Positions 37,866-46,620 of a DNA stretch of 64,000 nucleotides are shown one piece after another. The DNA comes from a virus (taxonomy: Duplodnaviria > Caudoviricetes), in IMG/VR virus record IMGVR_UViG_3300043388_000007, positions 4,034 to 68,033 of that record. One strand, 5' to 3'. The notes beneath the pieces were generated by a model. The model was not told the origin of the DNA. It searched no databases and saw nothing but the letters and a program-made list of their open reading frames with translations. Every line of letters begins with the position of its first letter. Position 1 is the stretch's first letter. The position numbers and the translations under genes are program-made.

Positions 37866-38416
37866 GTCGGACCTGCCTTCGCTGCGATGCCCATGACGTA
37901 GGCCCCGGCTGCCGGGTGACCGGCTGAGGTGGCCGTGCCAGCGATCGCCGCCGACGTGATGTTGGCGTTGGTCTTGGCGTAGGTGAACGTCGTCCCGGAG
38001 GGCACGCTCGTGACGGTGTAGGTCCCGTCGAGAACGGGATCGGCAACCGTCATCGCCACGGTGACAGAATCACCGACCTCCAGGTTGTGGGCAGCGGCCG
38101 TGGTCAACGTGACCACGTTCGACGTGAGCGCCTTGTTGGAGATCGTGGCCACAGCGTTGGGAACGGTGAGGGTGACGGTCTTGGTTCCGGCCACCGAGTA
38201 GGTGACCGAGATCGGCCCCTTGCTGTCGGCCTGGCTGGCTGGGGTGGAGTTGGCGCCGAAGGTCCAGTCGTAGTCGGCGGCGGGACGGGTCGATGTGTCG
38301 GCCGAGAACGACCAGACCAGCCCGTCCGACTGGCTCGGCGCTGCGTTGGCAGGACCTGTCTCGACACCTGGTGTGGACCCCCAGGTGTTGGGGCCGTGGA
38401 CGGCCACGATGCTCAT
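37862..38416 (-). CDS. PKD/Ig-like head decoration protein
   Basis: YDWTFG, VTYSVAGTKTVTLTV; directly after the major capsid gene. Confidence 0.7.
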   Translation of the reverse strand: MSIVAVHGPNTWGSTPGVETGPANAAPSQSDGLVWSFSADTSTRPAADYDWTFGANSTPASQADSKGPISVTYSVAGTKTVTLTVPNAVATISNKALTSNVVTLTTAAAHNLEVGDSVTVAMTVADPVLDGTYTVTSVPSGTTFTYAKTNANITSAAIAGTATSAGHPAAGAYVMGIAAKAGPT

Positions 38417-38445
38417 GCGATACCTCCGTATCTGGGGCAGATGAG

Positions 38446-38479
38446 GCGGGAGAGGGGGACATGCGGCCCCCTCTCCCGC
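38446..38479. terminator. 13-bp stem hairpin after the major capsid gene
   Basis: gcgggagaggggg / ccccctctcccgc; weak U-tract. Confidence 0.65.
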
Positions 38480-38502
38480 ATCACGGACTGTGGAACCGGA
38501 CC

Positions 38503-39846
38503 TCAGTTCGTGATGATCTTCACGACGGACGAGTCCGTCACGACGCCCCAGCCCCAGATCGAGTACCACGCCAGAGCGTGCTCACGACCGAAGTCGAGCA
38601 CGCCGCCGTCACGGAGTTCGACGGGCAGGGAGATGGCATGACCGAAGGCGTTGTCTCCGAGCATGATCGCCTCGTAGACGCCGTTGGTCGGCCCCCACGG
38701 CTCGCCCCAGCCGGGGAGAGCGGTCTCGCCGGTCGGCAGGTCATCGAGAGTGCCGGGGTCAGCGATGTCGGGGAACGGTGACAAGTCGCCAGCACCGGCA
38801 GCGTCGCCGCCCGTGTAGCCGAGGGCCGTACCACGCCAGTCGGGGTTGAACGGGTTCACCGTGCTGACGGCGCCTCCGGGCAGTCCCGGCCACGGGTCGG
38901 TGATGTCGGCCGAACCGGCGAGCGGGCTGGAGATCTGCGTGGTCTCGATGAACACCACGTCGTCCAGGCGGCCGATCTCACCGAGCATGAAGTTGCCGGG
39001 AGCGGCGTACTTCGTGACCTCGATCCACTCCGGGGTGTCCCGGAGGCGACGGCTCTGGTGCGGGTGCACGAAGCACACGTACGTCTCACCGAGGCGGGGC
39101 ACGTTCTTCGACGCCAACACCTCGACCGCATCCTTCACGGCGTGCGGAGTGAGATAGAAGTCGTCGGCAACCGAGCCGGTGCCTCCCGACGTGGTGACCT
39201 GTGCCAGGCCGGTGGCCGGGGTGCCCGGCTCGTACACGCCGTAGCCGACGTTGATGGCGGTCGGCTTGGTGTAGCCGAAGACCACCGAGGACGAACGGGC
39301 GAGCGTCTGGCGAGCCTGGCCGTCCATGTAGAGCGCCATGTTGCGCCCGAGCAGACGGGAGGCCGACGCCATGATGTCATCGAAGCTGGCGTTGAGCAGC
39401 AACTCCGACACGGCAACGGCGAAGCCCTGCTCCTGCACCGTGATGGCGTACTGGTTGGCCGTGATCGCATGGGTCTTCATGCGCACGCCTTCCACCAGCG
39501 GCCCTGCGGGCATCGGCAGGTTGTTGTAGCGCATGAAGTTGACGGTGAGGCCCGGCATCGTGCCGAGTTCCGTCTTCTTCACGGCGAACTGCTCGAACCG
39601 GAGCACCGGCATCGACTGGAAGAGGATCTCCTTCGACCAGATCGTCTGGATCGCCGGGCCGAGCATGGTCGAGCCGGTGGCGACCGAACCCGAGTAGCCG
39701 ACCGCAGTGTTGTCCATCGTGGCGAGGCCCTTGTAGCCGACCGCAACGTCATAGTTCGAGTAGGGGCCTCCGGGGGCGACACGAGTCGTACCGGTGATAC
39801 CGGATACAACAGGAAGCTCGCCACCGAGACCAGAACCTGCTGGCAT
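38503..39846 (-). CDS. Major capsid protein (N4 gp56-like family)
   Basis: LRFEQFAVKKTELG, GEIGRLDDVVFIET, DFGREHALAWYSIWG; follows the scaffold; strong AGGAG RBS. Confidence 0.93.
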   Translation of the reverse strand: MPAGSGLGGELPVVSGITGTTRVAPGGPYSNYDVAVGYKGLATMDNTAVGYSGSVATGSTMLGPAIQTIWSKEILFQSMPVLRFEQFAVKKTELGTMPGLTVNFMRYNNLPMPAGPLVEGVRMKTHAITANQYAITVQEQGFAVAVSELLLNASFDDIMASASRLLGRNMALYMDGQARQTLARSSSVVFGYTKPTAINVGYGVYEPGTPATGLAQVTTSGGTGSVADDFYLTPHAVKDAVEVLASKNVPRLGETYVCFVHPHQSRRLRDTPEWIEVTKYAAPGNFMLGEIGRLDDVVFIETTQISSPLAGSADITDPWPGLPGGAVSTVNPFNPDWRGTALGYTGGDAAGAGDLSPFPDIADPGTLDDLPTGETALPGWGEPWGPTNGVYEAIMLGDNAFGHAISLPVELRDGGVLDFGREHALAWYSIWGWGVVTDSSVVKIITN

Positions 39847-39914
39847 GGTGGATCTCCTTGTGGAGCGTGGGGACCGCTCCGAGGAGCGCCCCTATGTGGG
39901 TGTGGTGTTACCCG

Positions 39915-40727
39915 TCAGCCTCGGCGTTGGCCGGGACTGGTCGCCTGTAGGAGTTGGTTCCTGTATCTCTTGTACGTGTCCATATCCATGCCCTTGATGT
40001 CCTCGGGCGTCAACGATTCATACGACGGCAATTGCTCCATTGGACCAACAGGTGGGACCGTGGGTGCGGCCCCCATCCGTCCGAACGGAACCGGTTGGGG
40101 TTCCGCTGCGACGAAGTTTGCGACGATGGCCTCTGTGCGGGCCTTCATCGCTGCGATCGAAGCGTCGATCTCCTCGGGGGAGGAGCCGACGATGAAGTCA
40201 CGCAGTTCGGGCAGGATGAACTCCTGCTCTTGTGCGATCCGGTCTCGCCGGTACAACTCTGCTTCCTGTAGCTGGCGCTCCTTGTTGAACACTTCACGAT
40301 CGGCGTCGTAGCGGGCGGTCATCTCAGCCATCTGAGACTTCCACTCGTTGTCACGCTTCTCCATCAGCGTTCGGAGATCCATCTCTTGCTCTTCTTGGGT
40401 CTGGCGAGCAGCGGCGGCCTCTTCGGCCAACCTCTGTCGTTCGGCAGCTTCTGCGTCACGTTGCTCCTGCAAGGTGCGGAGTTGGGTGGCCATGTCCTCG
40501 ATCCGAGGGTAGAGCTTGTCCTTCTCCTGCTTGCGAGCGTTCTCGATGTCCTCGTCGGTCCACCGGTAGGCGGGCCTCGGCGGCTCGTTGGATGGAACCG
40601 GCTGACTCACGGCCTGATCCGGTCGCTGCTGGCCGGTCCAGTCACCCGCCATGCGGGGCTGGGCTGGTTGCACGCCCTGGAGGAAGCCGCTTCCGGTGTC
40701 TCCGGTGTTCTCCGATGTCGTCGTCAT
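39915..40727 (-). CDS. Capsid scaffolding protein
   Basis: ARKQEKDKLYP, long coiled coil, between portal and capsid genes. Confidence 0.85.
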   Translation of the reverse strand: MTTTSENTGDTGSGFLQGVQPAQPRMAGDWTGQQRPDQAVSQPVPSNEPPRPAYRWTDEDIENARKQEKDKLYPRIEDMATQLRTLQEQRDAEAAERQRLAEEAAAARQTQEEQEMDLRTLMEKRDNEWKSQMAEMTARYDADREVFNKERQLQEAELYRRDRIAQEQEFILPELRDFIVGSSPEEIDASIAAMKARTEAIVANFVAAEPQPVPFGRMGAAPTVPPVGPMEQLPSYESLTPEDIKGMDMDTYKRYRNQLLQATSPGQRRG

Positions 40728-40814
40728 GGTGATCCCTCGGGTTATCCCTGTGCGCTCGTTACTTATATCACGGATCGTGTTGATACAGCAGTATCTCAGT
40801 CCCTTAGGGGCGTA

Positions 40815-42473
40815 TCAGCCGTGGTCGTCGCTCTCGAAGTCGAGCATCTGCGGTGGCATCTGCCCGTAGGCCAGGAACTGGACCTCCTGAGCGATCTCGG
40901 GGTTGACTGGGGGCGACGCAGGAACGGGGTTCCCCTCCTGGTCTTGCCCCATGAGCGGTTGGCCATCGGGCGTCATGCCGGTGGCCATCATGTTGAAGGC
41001 GGCGATCTGGCTCTGGACCAGTGAGAGGGCGCCTTGCTCCTTGGCGTCCTCCATGACCTCCTCGAAGATCTCCCGGATCTTCTGGTCCGGGAACTGCACC
41101 CCGAGATCCCGCAGCGCTCCACGACGGCTCTCCAGGTTCATCGCCATCAGAGCCTGGATCTCGTTGATCTTGAGCAGCTTGTCGATCGGCATCGGGGACG
41201 GCCAGTCAACGTAAGTGCGGTATGATACTGGAAGCGACGGGTCAAGCTGTTCCATCTGGTCCGGCTTGAGATACGTGGCCGACAGGATCGGGTTGTAGAA
41301 CGTCAACTCGGGGGCAAACACGAAGGCGTGACGGATGACGAGTTCGTTGACCCGCTCGAACAGGTAGGTGAAGTTCACCGTCTTGCGTTCGTGCTTGAGC
41401 ATCAGCGGCTGGTACTGGATGGCCAGGGCCACGCCAGAGGTGTTGGAGATCGGCTGCATTGTGCCCAGCGCCGCTGCTGGCACGCCGGTCAGTTCGTGCA
41501 TCGACTGCTTGAGCAACTCCATGTAGCCGAGGGGGCCGGTGAAGTTTGTCTGTAGCTCAAGCTGGGTGATCTTGGCGTCCTTGTTGGTCACCGCCCACAC
41601 CTTGCGGGGACCCTTCTCCAGGTTGGAGGCCTTGGCCCCGGTGATCACGGTGACCGGGGAGGCGTGGTAGTTGATGATGTCGCTGATCTCGGTGGCCTTC
41701 TCGTTGTACTCACGATTCAGCGGCACGATGTCAGCGATGTCGGCCAGCCCCCAGGGACTGGAAGCGACGGCGATGTTGGGGCAGAAGGCGACGGTGATCT
41801 CACCGATCGGGTTGGGCCGACGATCGATCAGTTCGTCGTTGATGTACTCCTCGATCACGTCCTCGGTCATGATCTCGACGTATGTCATCACCTGACGAGT
41901 GCCGTCCTGGGCGGTGCCCCAGAACTTGTACTTCGTCTTGAAGCGGATCATCCGCTGACGGTCGTGCGGGTGCCACTCCGGGAAGCAGAAGGCCGGGTTG
42001 AGCGGGAGAATGCGGATGCGCCCCTCCATCGGTACCCCTGCCATATCCACGTACGGCGGCTCATAGGCCACTTTGATGAAGACATCGCCTGAGACCGATC
42101 CCAGTTGGCCGATCTCCATCAGGATCTGCTGCTTGGCGTTGTGGACCTCCCACACCTCCTTGAGGAGATACGGGGTGATCGCCCCGGTGGCCTCGGGGGA
42201 GTAGAAGTTCACGCCCTTCACGAAGCTGAAGTTGACGAGGTAGTCGCTGAAGGCCTTGACCCAGTTGAAGGTCAGTTGCGGCTCACCGATCTCTCGGCGG
42301 TACGCCCAGTGGTGACCGAGGTACCACGCCCAGTTGTTGGCGTAACGGTTCAACCGAGGGCCGTGGACCTCGAACTCCTCATCCGCAAGCTCCACAATCC
42401 CCAGGGGGGAGATAGCGATCGTGAGATCGCTAGCGGCGGCTCGGTAGGAACTGGAGACGAAATCAACGGCCAT
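40815..42473 (-). CDS. Portal protein
   Basis: 552 aa; GSVSGDVFIKV, LNREYNEK, MHELTGVP, SGVALAIQYQPL. Confidence 0.9.
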   Translation of the reverse strand: MAVDFVSSSYRAAASDLTIAISPLGIVELADEEFEVHGPRLNRYANNWAWYLGHHWAYRREIGEPQLTFNWVKAFSDYLVNFSFVKGVNFYSPEATGAITPYLLKEVWEVHNAKQQILMEIGQLGSVSGDVFIKVAYEPPYVDMAGVPMEGRIRILPLNPAFCFPEWHPHDRQRMIRFKTKYKFWGTAQDGTRQVMTYVEIMTEDVIEEYINDELIDRRPNPIGEITVAFCPNIAVASSPWGLADIADIVPLNREYNEKATEISDIINYHASPVTVITGAKASNLEKGPRKVWAVTNKDAKITQLELQTNFTGPLGYMELLKQSMHELTGVPAAALGTMQPISNTSGVALAIQYQPLMLKHERKTVNFTYLFERVNELVIRHAFVFAPELTFYNPILSATYLKPDQMEQLDPSLPVSYRTYVDWPSPMPIDKLLKINEIQALMAMNLESRRGALRDLGVQFPDQKIREIFEEVMEDAKEQGALSLVQSQIAAFNMMATGMTPDGQPLMGQDQEGNPVPASPPVNPEIAQEVQFLAYGQMPPQMLDFESDDHG

Positions 42474-42487
42474 CGGTCAAGATCCGT

Positions 42488-43039
42488 TCAGCGGGCGGGC
42501 AACTGCTCGGCCGTGGGCGGCGGCTCGCCACCACCACTGGTCTTGTCGGTCGGCTCGCCAGCGGTGACGGCGATCTCGGCCATCATGCCTGCGACGACAT
42601 CGATCGAGATCGAGCCGATGAAGTCGCCGGTCCCGTCCTGGTTCACGTCGTTGGTGACCGTGACGGCAGCGGAGCCGGTCGGCCCAACCGCAACGGCAGT
42701 GGCGTGGGAGGGATCGGAGTTGGAAACGGTGACGATCGACTCGTCCGACGAGGACCAGACGACATCGCCCGAGATGTCAACGGGGTTGTTGTACTTGTCC
42801 TCACCCGTGATGGACAGATCGACCTGTTGGTCGGCGGTGAGTTGCATGGTGGTGTTGCTTCTTTCTCCGGGGTGGCCCTTGGGGCCGGGCTTTGGTTGGG
42901 ATTTCTTCGGGCCAGGTGGCCCGATGGTCCAGCGCCAGATGATGGCGTCGGACGGTCGTGGTCTGGGGATGACCTGGGTGTGCTTCCAAACGTCGTAGCC
43001 GTATGGGGCATCGACGTTGGAGGGTGGACTCTTCTTCAC
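42488..43039 (-). CDS. Ig-like domain protein (alternative start 42847)
   Basis: VVWSSSDESIVTV Big_2-like motif. Confidence 0.65.
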   Translation of the reverse strand: MKKSPPSNVDAPYGYDVWKHTQVIPRPRPSDAIIWRWTIGPPGPKKSQPKPGPKGHPGERSNTTMQLTADQQVDLSITGEDKYNNPVDISGDVVWSSSDESIVTVSNSDPSHATAVAVGPTGSAAVTVTNDVNQDGTGDFIGSISIDVVAGMMAEIAVTAGEPTDKTSGGGEPPPTAEQLPAR

Positions 43040-43046
43040 GGTTACC

Positions 43047-43271
43047 TCACGTCCTGACCCTCGTGGTGTAGGGGGTCTTCGCCCGCATGTAGCTGCGGTA
43101 CGTGTTGCGCATCGTGGAGCGGATGTACAACTGCGGGAACTGGCTGTTCGAGATCGGAGCGAAGGGGTCATCGACCGGTCGTAAGTCATGACGTGCCGCC
43201 GACATCACGATGTGATGCTTCGGCGGTGAACGTCGTGGTCGGACCTCTCCTCGGAACTCGCTGCTGGCCAT
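43047..43271 (-). CDS. Small basic hypothetical protein
   Basis: 74 aa, coupled. Confidence 0.55.
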   Translation of the reverse strand: MASSEFRGEVRPRRSPPKHHIVMSAARHDLRPVDDPFAPISNSQFPQLYIRSTMRNTYRSYMRAKTPYTTRVRT

Positions 43272-43477
43272 CAGTCGTCCGGGTCTCGTAGACGCTCGCC
43301 CAGCGTCATCTGGTTGCGGGGCATCGAACTGCCGTGACCGAGTGCGGAGTTGACCTGCCCATGGAAGGCGGCCTCTCGTAGCTCCTGGCGGGTGTATGTC
43401 ACTCCCAGGATCGCCCGCATGCGATCTCGACCGACCTGACGGTTTGGGTGGCCTGCCGTGTCTTCGCCCTTGGCCAT
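43271..43477 (-). CDS. Small protein with MAKGEDTAGHP N-terminal motif
   Basis: N-terminus shared with 43477..43689. Confidence 0.65.
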   Translation of the reverse strand: MAKGEDTAGHPNRQVGRDRMRAILGVTYTRQELREAAFHGQVNSALGHGSSMPRNQMTLGERLRDPDD

Positions 43478-43689
43478 CAGCGCTTTCCCCGTGTGGTCTT
43501 CTCGTAGAAGTCGGCAGCAGCGGAGTACCTGTCGGTCTGGAACCCAGGTGCACCCTTGACGTGATAGCCACGGCCACTCTCGTTCTTCTCCAGAGCGGGA
43601 CCCTGACCGAAGTTGCCACCAGGCGACTTGAAACGATCGGCGCCGACCTTGCGCCCAGGGTGCCCTGCTGTGTTCTCACCTCTGGCCAT
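43477..43689 (-). CDS. Small protein with MARGENTAGHP N-terminal motif
   Basis: ATG at 43689 overlapping the upstream stop. Confidence 0.65.
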   Translation of the reverse strand: MARGENTAGHPGRKVGADRFKSPGGNFGQGPALEKNESGRGYHVKGAPGFQTDRYSAAADFYEKTTRGKR

Positions 43690-43865
43690 CACTTCCCCTT
43701 CCTGGTACGAGCGGCCTTCTTGGCCATCCGTGATCGTGCTGCTGGCCCCTTGGCCGCTTCGTTGGAGATCGCCGCTGCCTTCGACTTGGAGTAGCCCTGA
43801 TCCTTGAGGGCCTCGTACTCGTCGGGCTTCTTGATCGACGGCCCTGGTGACTTCCCTCCTGGCAC
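43689..43865 (-). CDS. Small basic protein (MPGGKSPGPSIKKPDEYEALKDQGYSKSKAAAISN...)
   Basis: Read manually; AGGAGG RBS; PGPSIK..YEAL..G.SK.KAA.I.N motif recalled from small bacterial proteins. Confidence 0.7.
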   Translation of the reverse strand: MPGGKSPGPSIKKPDEYEALKDQGYSKSKAAAISNEAAKGPAARSRMAKKAARTRKGK

Positions 43866-43894
43866 GGATACCTCCTCGATACCGCTGTATCACT

Positions 43895-44629
43895 CTAGAA
43901 CAGCGTGGGCGGCTTCTCCGCCGCCTTGCGCTGACGTTTCGGCTGCTTGGCTTGGGCCTGGTTGGCCCAGCCCGGCATGTCGTAGGCCTTGTTCTCCGGG
44001 AACTCCCCCATGCGGATGAGGCCAGCGGTCTGGCCACGAAGCTCGGAGAACAGCGCCGGATGGGCCGCCTCCGGGAACATCTGAGAGTGGTGCTGGACGG
44101 CCGCTTCCTCACCATGGCGGGTGAAGTCACGCCCGGTGGCCAGGTGGCCAAAGGCGTCGTGCACGGCCCGGAACTTGTCGTTGATGGCGGCGGGCATCAT
44201 CGTGTTCTCGCCACCAGCCGTCTCGGTGGCCAGCACCTTGAGGCGCTTGTTCTTGGCCACATCATCCCGAGCCGCCTTGGGGCCGGAGTACGGGTCCTCC
44301 TTGGAGACCTCGACCGAGACGCCGAGGCCTCCCTGATGTGTGGGACGAGTGAGATAGTCGTACTGGCTCTCGATCCCGGCGTGGAGAGCCTTGTACGACT
44401 CCTGCATCTGCGGGCTGACGTGCTGGGGAAGACCCTGCTGGCGGCGCACGACGTTGCCCACGGTGTTGAGCACGTTGGGGTCCGCACGGACCCCCTCGAT
44501 GCCTTTGTTGCTGTAGGCCAGGCCCTGGGACTTGGCGTAGTCACGTGAGCCACGCTCCAGCGTGCCGATGCGCTGGAAGTCGCCACGTGGCCACGCCACA
44601 CCGGGAAGACGGGGTTGTCCTTGAGCCAT
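43895..44629 (-). CDS. Protein with HDxFGH..GEE putative metallo-domain
   Basis: NDKFRAVHDAFGH...GEEAA..HHSQMF...LFSELRGQ. Confidence 0.7.
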   Translation of the reverse strand: MAQGQPRLPGVAWPRGDFQRIGTLERGSRDYAKSQGLAYSNKGIEGVRADPNVLNTVGNVVRRQQGLPQHVSPQMQESYKALHAGIESQYDYLTRPTHQGGLGVSVEVSKEDPYSGPKAARDDVAKNKRLKVLATETAGGENTMMPAAINDKFRAVHDAFGHLATGRDFTRHGEEAAVQHHSQMFPEAAHPALFSELRGQTAGLIRMGEFPENKAYDMPGWANQAQAKQPKRQRKAAEKPPTLF

Positions 44630-44634
44630 GGTTG

Positions 44635-46092
44635 TCACCCTGGAGCGATCGTCTCGCCCGTGCTCCAGACGTTGCCAGACCAGACGTTGCCGGTTCGGCC
44701 GATGCCGAAGTCGGTGTTCGAGCCGTACCGACCGCACACGCCAGGACCGGAGAACGGCGTCGTGCGGTTGGGGCCACGTGCGTACGTGTTGTTGGTCCAC
44801 ACGACGTAGGTGGCGTTGGTCGGGTGAGCGTTGACGGTCGGCGTGTCCGTGGAGTACGGCTTGCCCTTGCTGTTGCCGCCGTAGGTGCAGAAGCTCGACC
44901 CGATCGGATTGGCGCCGATCAGGTTGCCGTTGACCGTGTTGTGCATGATCTCGATGAAGTCGGGGTAGCCCGAGATGGCCGCCGAACACCCGAGGTCGAG
45001 GTTGAACGAGTCACCCTCGAACAGGCCGAAGTCGCACTCGATCGTGTTGTGGATCAGGTTGCCGTACTGCTGGAGGCGGAAGCCGGAGGCGTGCGGGCAG
45101 GTGCCGTAGGGCGCCTGCGGGCAGGGCCGGGTGTCGAGGTTGTCGGCGTGGACCCACGAGTCCTGGATCGTGCAATGGGACTCGCAGTACGCACCACGGT
45201 TGGTGTGGATGATCTCGACCCTGGTCAGCGTGAAGTTGTAGCCGTCGAAGCCGCAGTTCACGCAAGCCCGGCCAGCCGCACCACCGTTGGCACCGGTCTG
45301 GGCGCCATCGAGCAGTGAGTCACTGACGCTGTAGGCGAAGCCGTTGGCGTCGTTGCCATGCACCGAGTCGTAGATCTTCGACCGGGTGATGGTGATGTTG
45401 TTGGCCCTGATCAGCAGACCGCTACGACACGACACGAAGTCATAGGCGTCGAGCGTGATGTTGGGCACCGAGAGCGTGCAGGGACCGCTGTAGGCCCGCA
45501 GCGTCGTGCCGACCGGGACACCGACTCGGCCAGGACCGGGGAAGCACCCGCCACGGCCGTCCGAGCTACCGGGCAGACCGGCCGCTGCGGTACACGTACC
45601 AGCAGGCAGGGTGGTCGTGGTCGCTGGCGCTGTCGTGGTCGGAGCAGCAGTCGTGGTGGTCGGCCTGACCGTCGTCGTGGGCGCCACCGTCGTGGTCGTG
45701 GCGGGAGGACGAGTGGTCGTCGTGGCAGGTAGCGTGGTCGTCGCCGCTGCGGTGGTAGACGGAGCCGCCGTGGTGGTGGGCGCCGTCGTAGTCGGCGTGG
45801 TCACCTGCGGAATGCGTGCCGGGTTGACGCAGATCGACTCGTCGGCCCGCAGCGATGAGCCGAGGGTGCGCCCGCCGTTGGCAGCGGCGACGTAGGTAGC
45901 GAACGCCGTGCGGTCGTTGTTGTTGGCGGCGTCGTACCAGACCGGGTTGAAGTCACGTGCCGTGGCTCGCCAACCGTTGGGGTTGGCATCAACGCAAACC
46001 GGTGGGTATGTCGTCGCTGAGGCGACGAGAGTCAGCGTGCCGAGGGCCATCGTGGCCACGGCGACGGCTGCGAGGATGCGCTTGAGGTTCAC
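44635..46092 (-). CDS. Secreted protein: signal peptide, LysM-like domain, Thr-rich linker, beta-helix-like domain
   Basis: MNLKRILAAVAVATMALG..ASA; AAANG..LRADESICV; TTAAP repeats; ITITRSKI, TLTRVEI, TIQDSWVH parallel beta repeats. Confidence 0.8.
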   Translation of the reverse strand: MNLKRILAAVAVATMALGTLTLVASATTYPPVCVDANPNGWRATARDFNPVWYDAANNNDRTAFATYVAAANGGRTLGSSLRADESICVNPARIPQVTTPTTTAPTTTAAPSTTAAATTTLPATTTTRPPATTTTVAPTTTVRPTTTTAAPTTTAPATTTTLPAGTCTAAAGLPGSSDGRGGCFPGPGRVGVPVGTTLRAYSGPCTLSVPNITLDAYDFVSCRSGLLIRANNITITRSKIYDSVHGNDANGFAYSVSDSLLDGAQTGANGGAAGRACVNCGFDGYNFTLTRVEIIHTNRGAYCESHCTIQDSWVHADNLDTRPCPQAPYGTCPHASGFRLQQYGNLIHNTIECDFGLFEGDSFNLDLGCSAAISGYPDFIEIMHNTVNGNLIGANPIGSSFCTYGGNSKGKPYSTDTPTVNAHPTNATYVVWTNNTYARGPNRTTPFSGPGVCGRYGSNTDFGIGRTGNVWSGNVWSTGETIAPG

Positions 46093-46433
46093 GGCTTCCT
46101 TTGCTGCGGGTTGGGGGTGGTTGGGAGATCTGAAACTTCGACCACCGGGGTGGAAGACGGGAAGACAGAACCCGCAGGTTGCTGGTTGTCATACGCAAGC
46201 TGGGCCAGCGGTTGCCGTGGCACCGTGGCGGGCTTGACGAAGAGCAGTTGGGTCGAGGCCCAGGCGGCGGCGATCACGCCCGAGATGATTCCGCCCGCCA
46301 CATCGGAGAACACTCCGGTGATCATCAGCACCGACGAGATGGCGAGCAGGAAGGTGAAGATGGCCGTCGTGACCACCACCGGGTCCCTGGTGAAGGTGGT
46401 GCCTGGCGGCGGTGGCTCTAGAGGGGCGGTCAT
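46089..46433 (-). CDS. Holin-like two-TM protein
   Basis: RDPVVV..TM1..TM2..VKP pattern resembling actinophage holins; aggag RBS. Confidence 0.55.
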   Translation of the reverse strand: MTAPLEPPPPGTTFTRDPVVVTTAIFTFLLAISSVLMITGVFSDVAGGIISGVIAAAWASTQLLFVKPATVPRQPLAQLAYDNQQPAGSVFPSSTPVVEVSDLPTTPNPQQRKP

Positions 46434-46620
46434 GTCCAGTCTCCTTTGTCGGGTCGATCTCGAATGCCCCAGATGGAGCGTTGGAGGTTCGAGGAAGCGG
46501 ATGCTGGCCGCTTGTCTGATGTGATACCGGTCTGACCGGTGCCTACTGAGATGGGGTTGAGAACTGGCTTCTTGGCCACCTTCTTGGACAGAGGTGGCAG
46601 GCGTCGGGGGCCGGTCGGCA

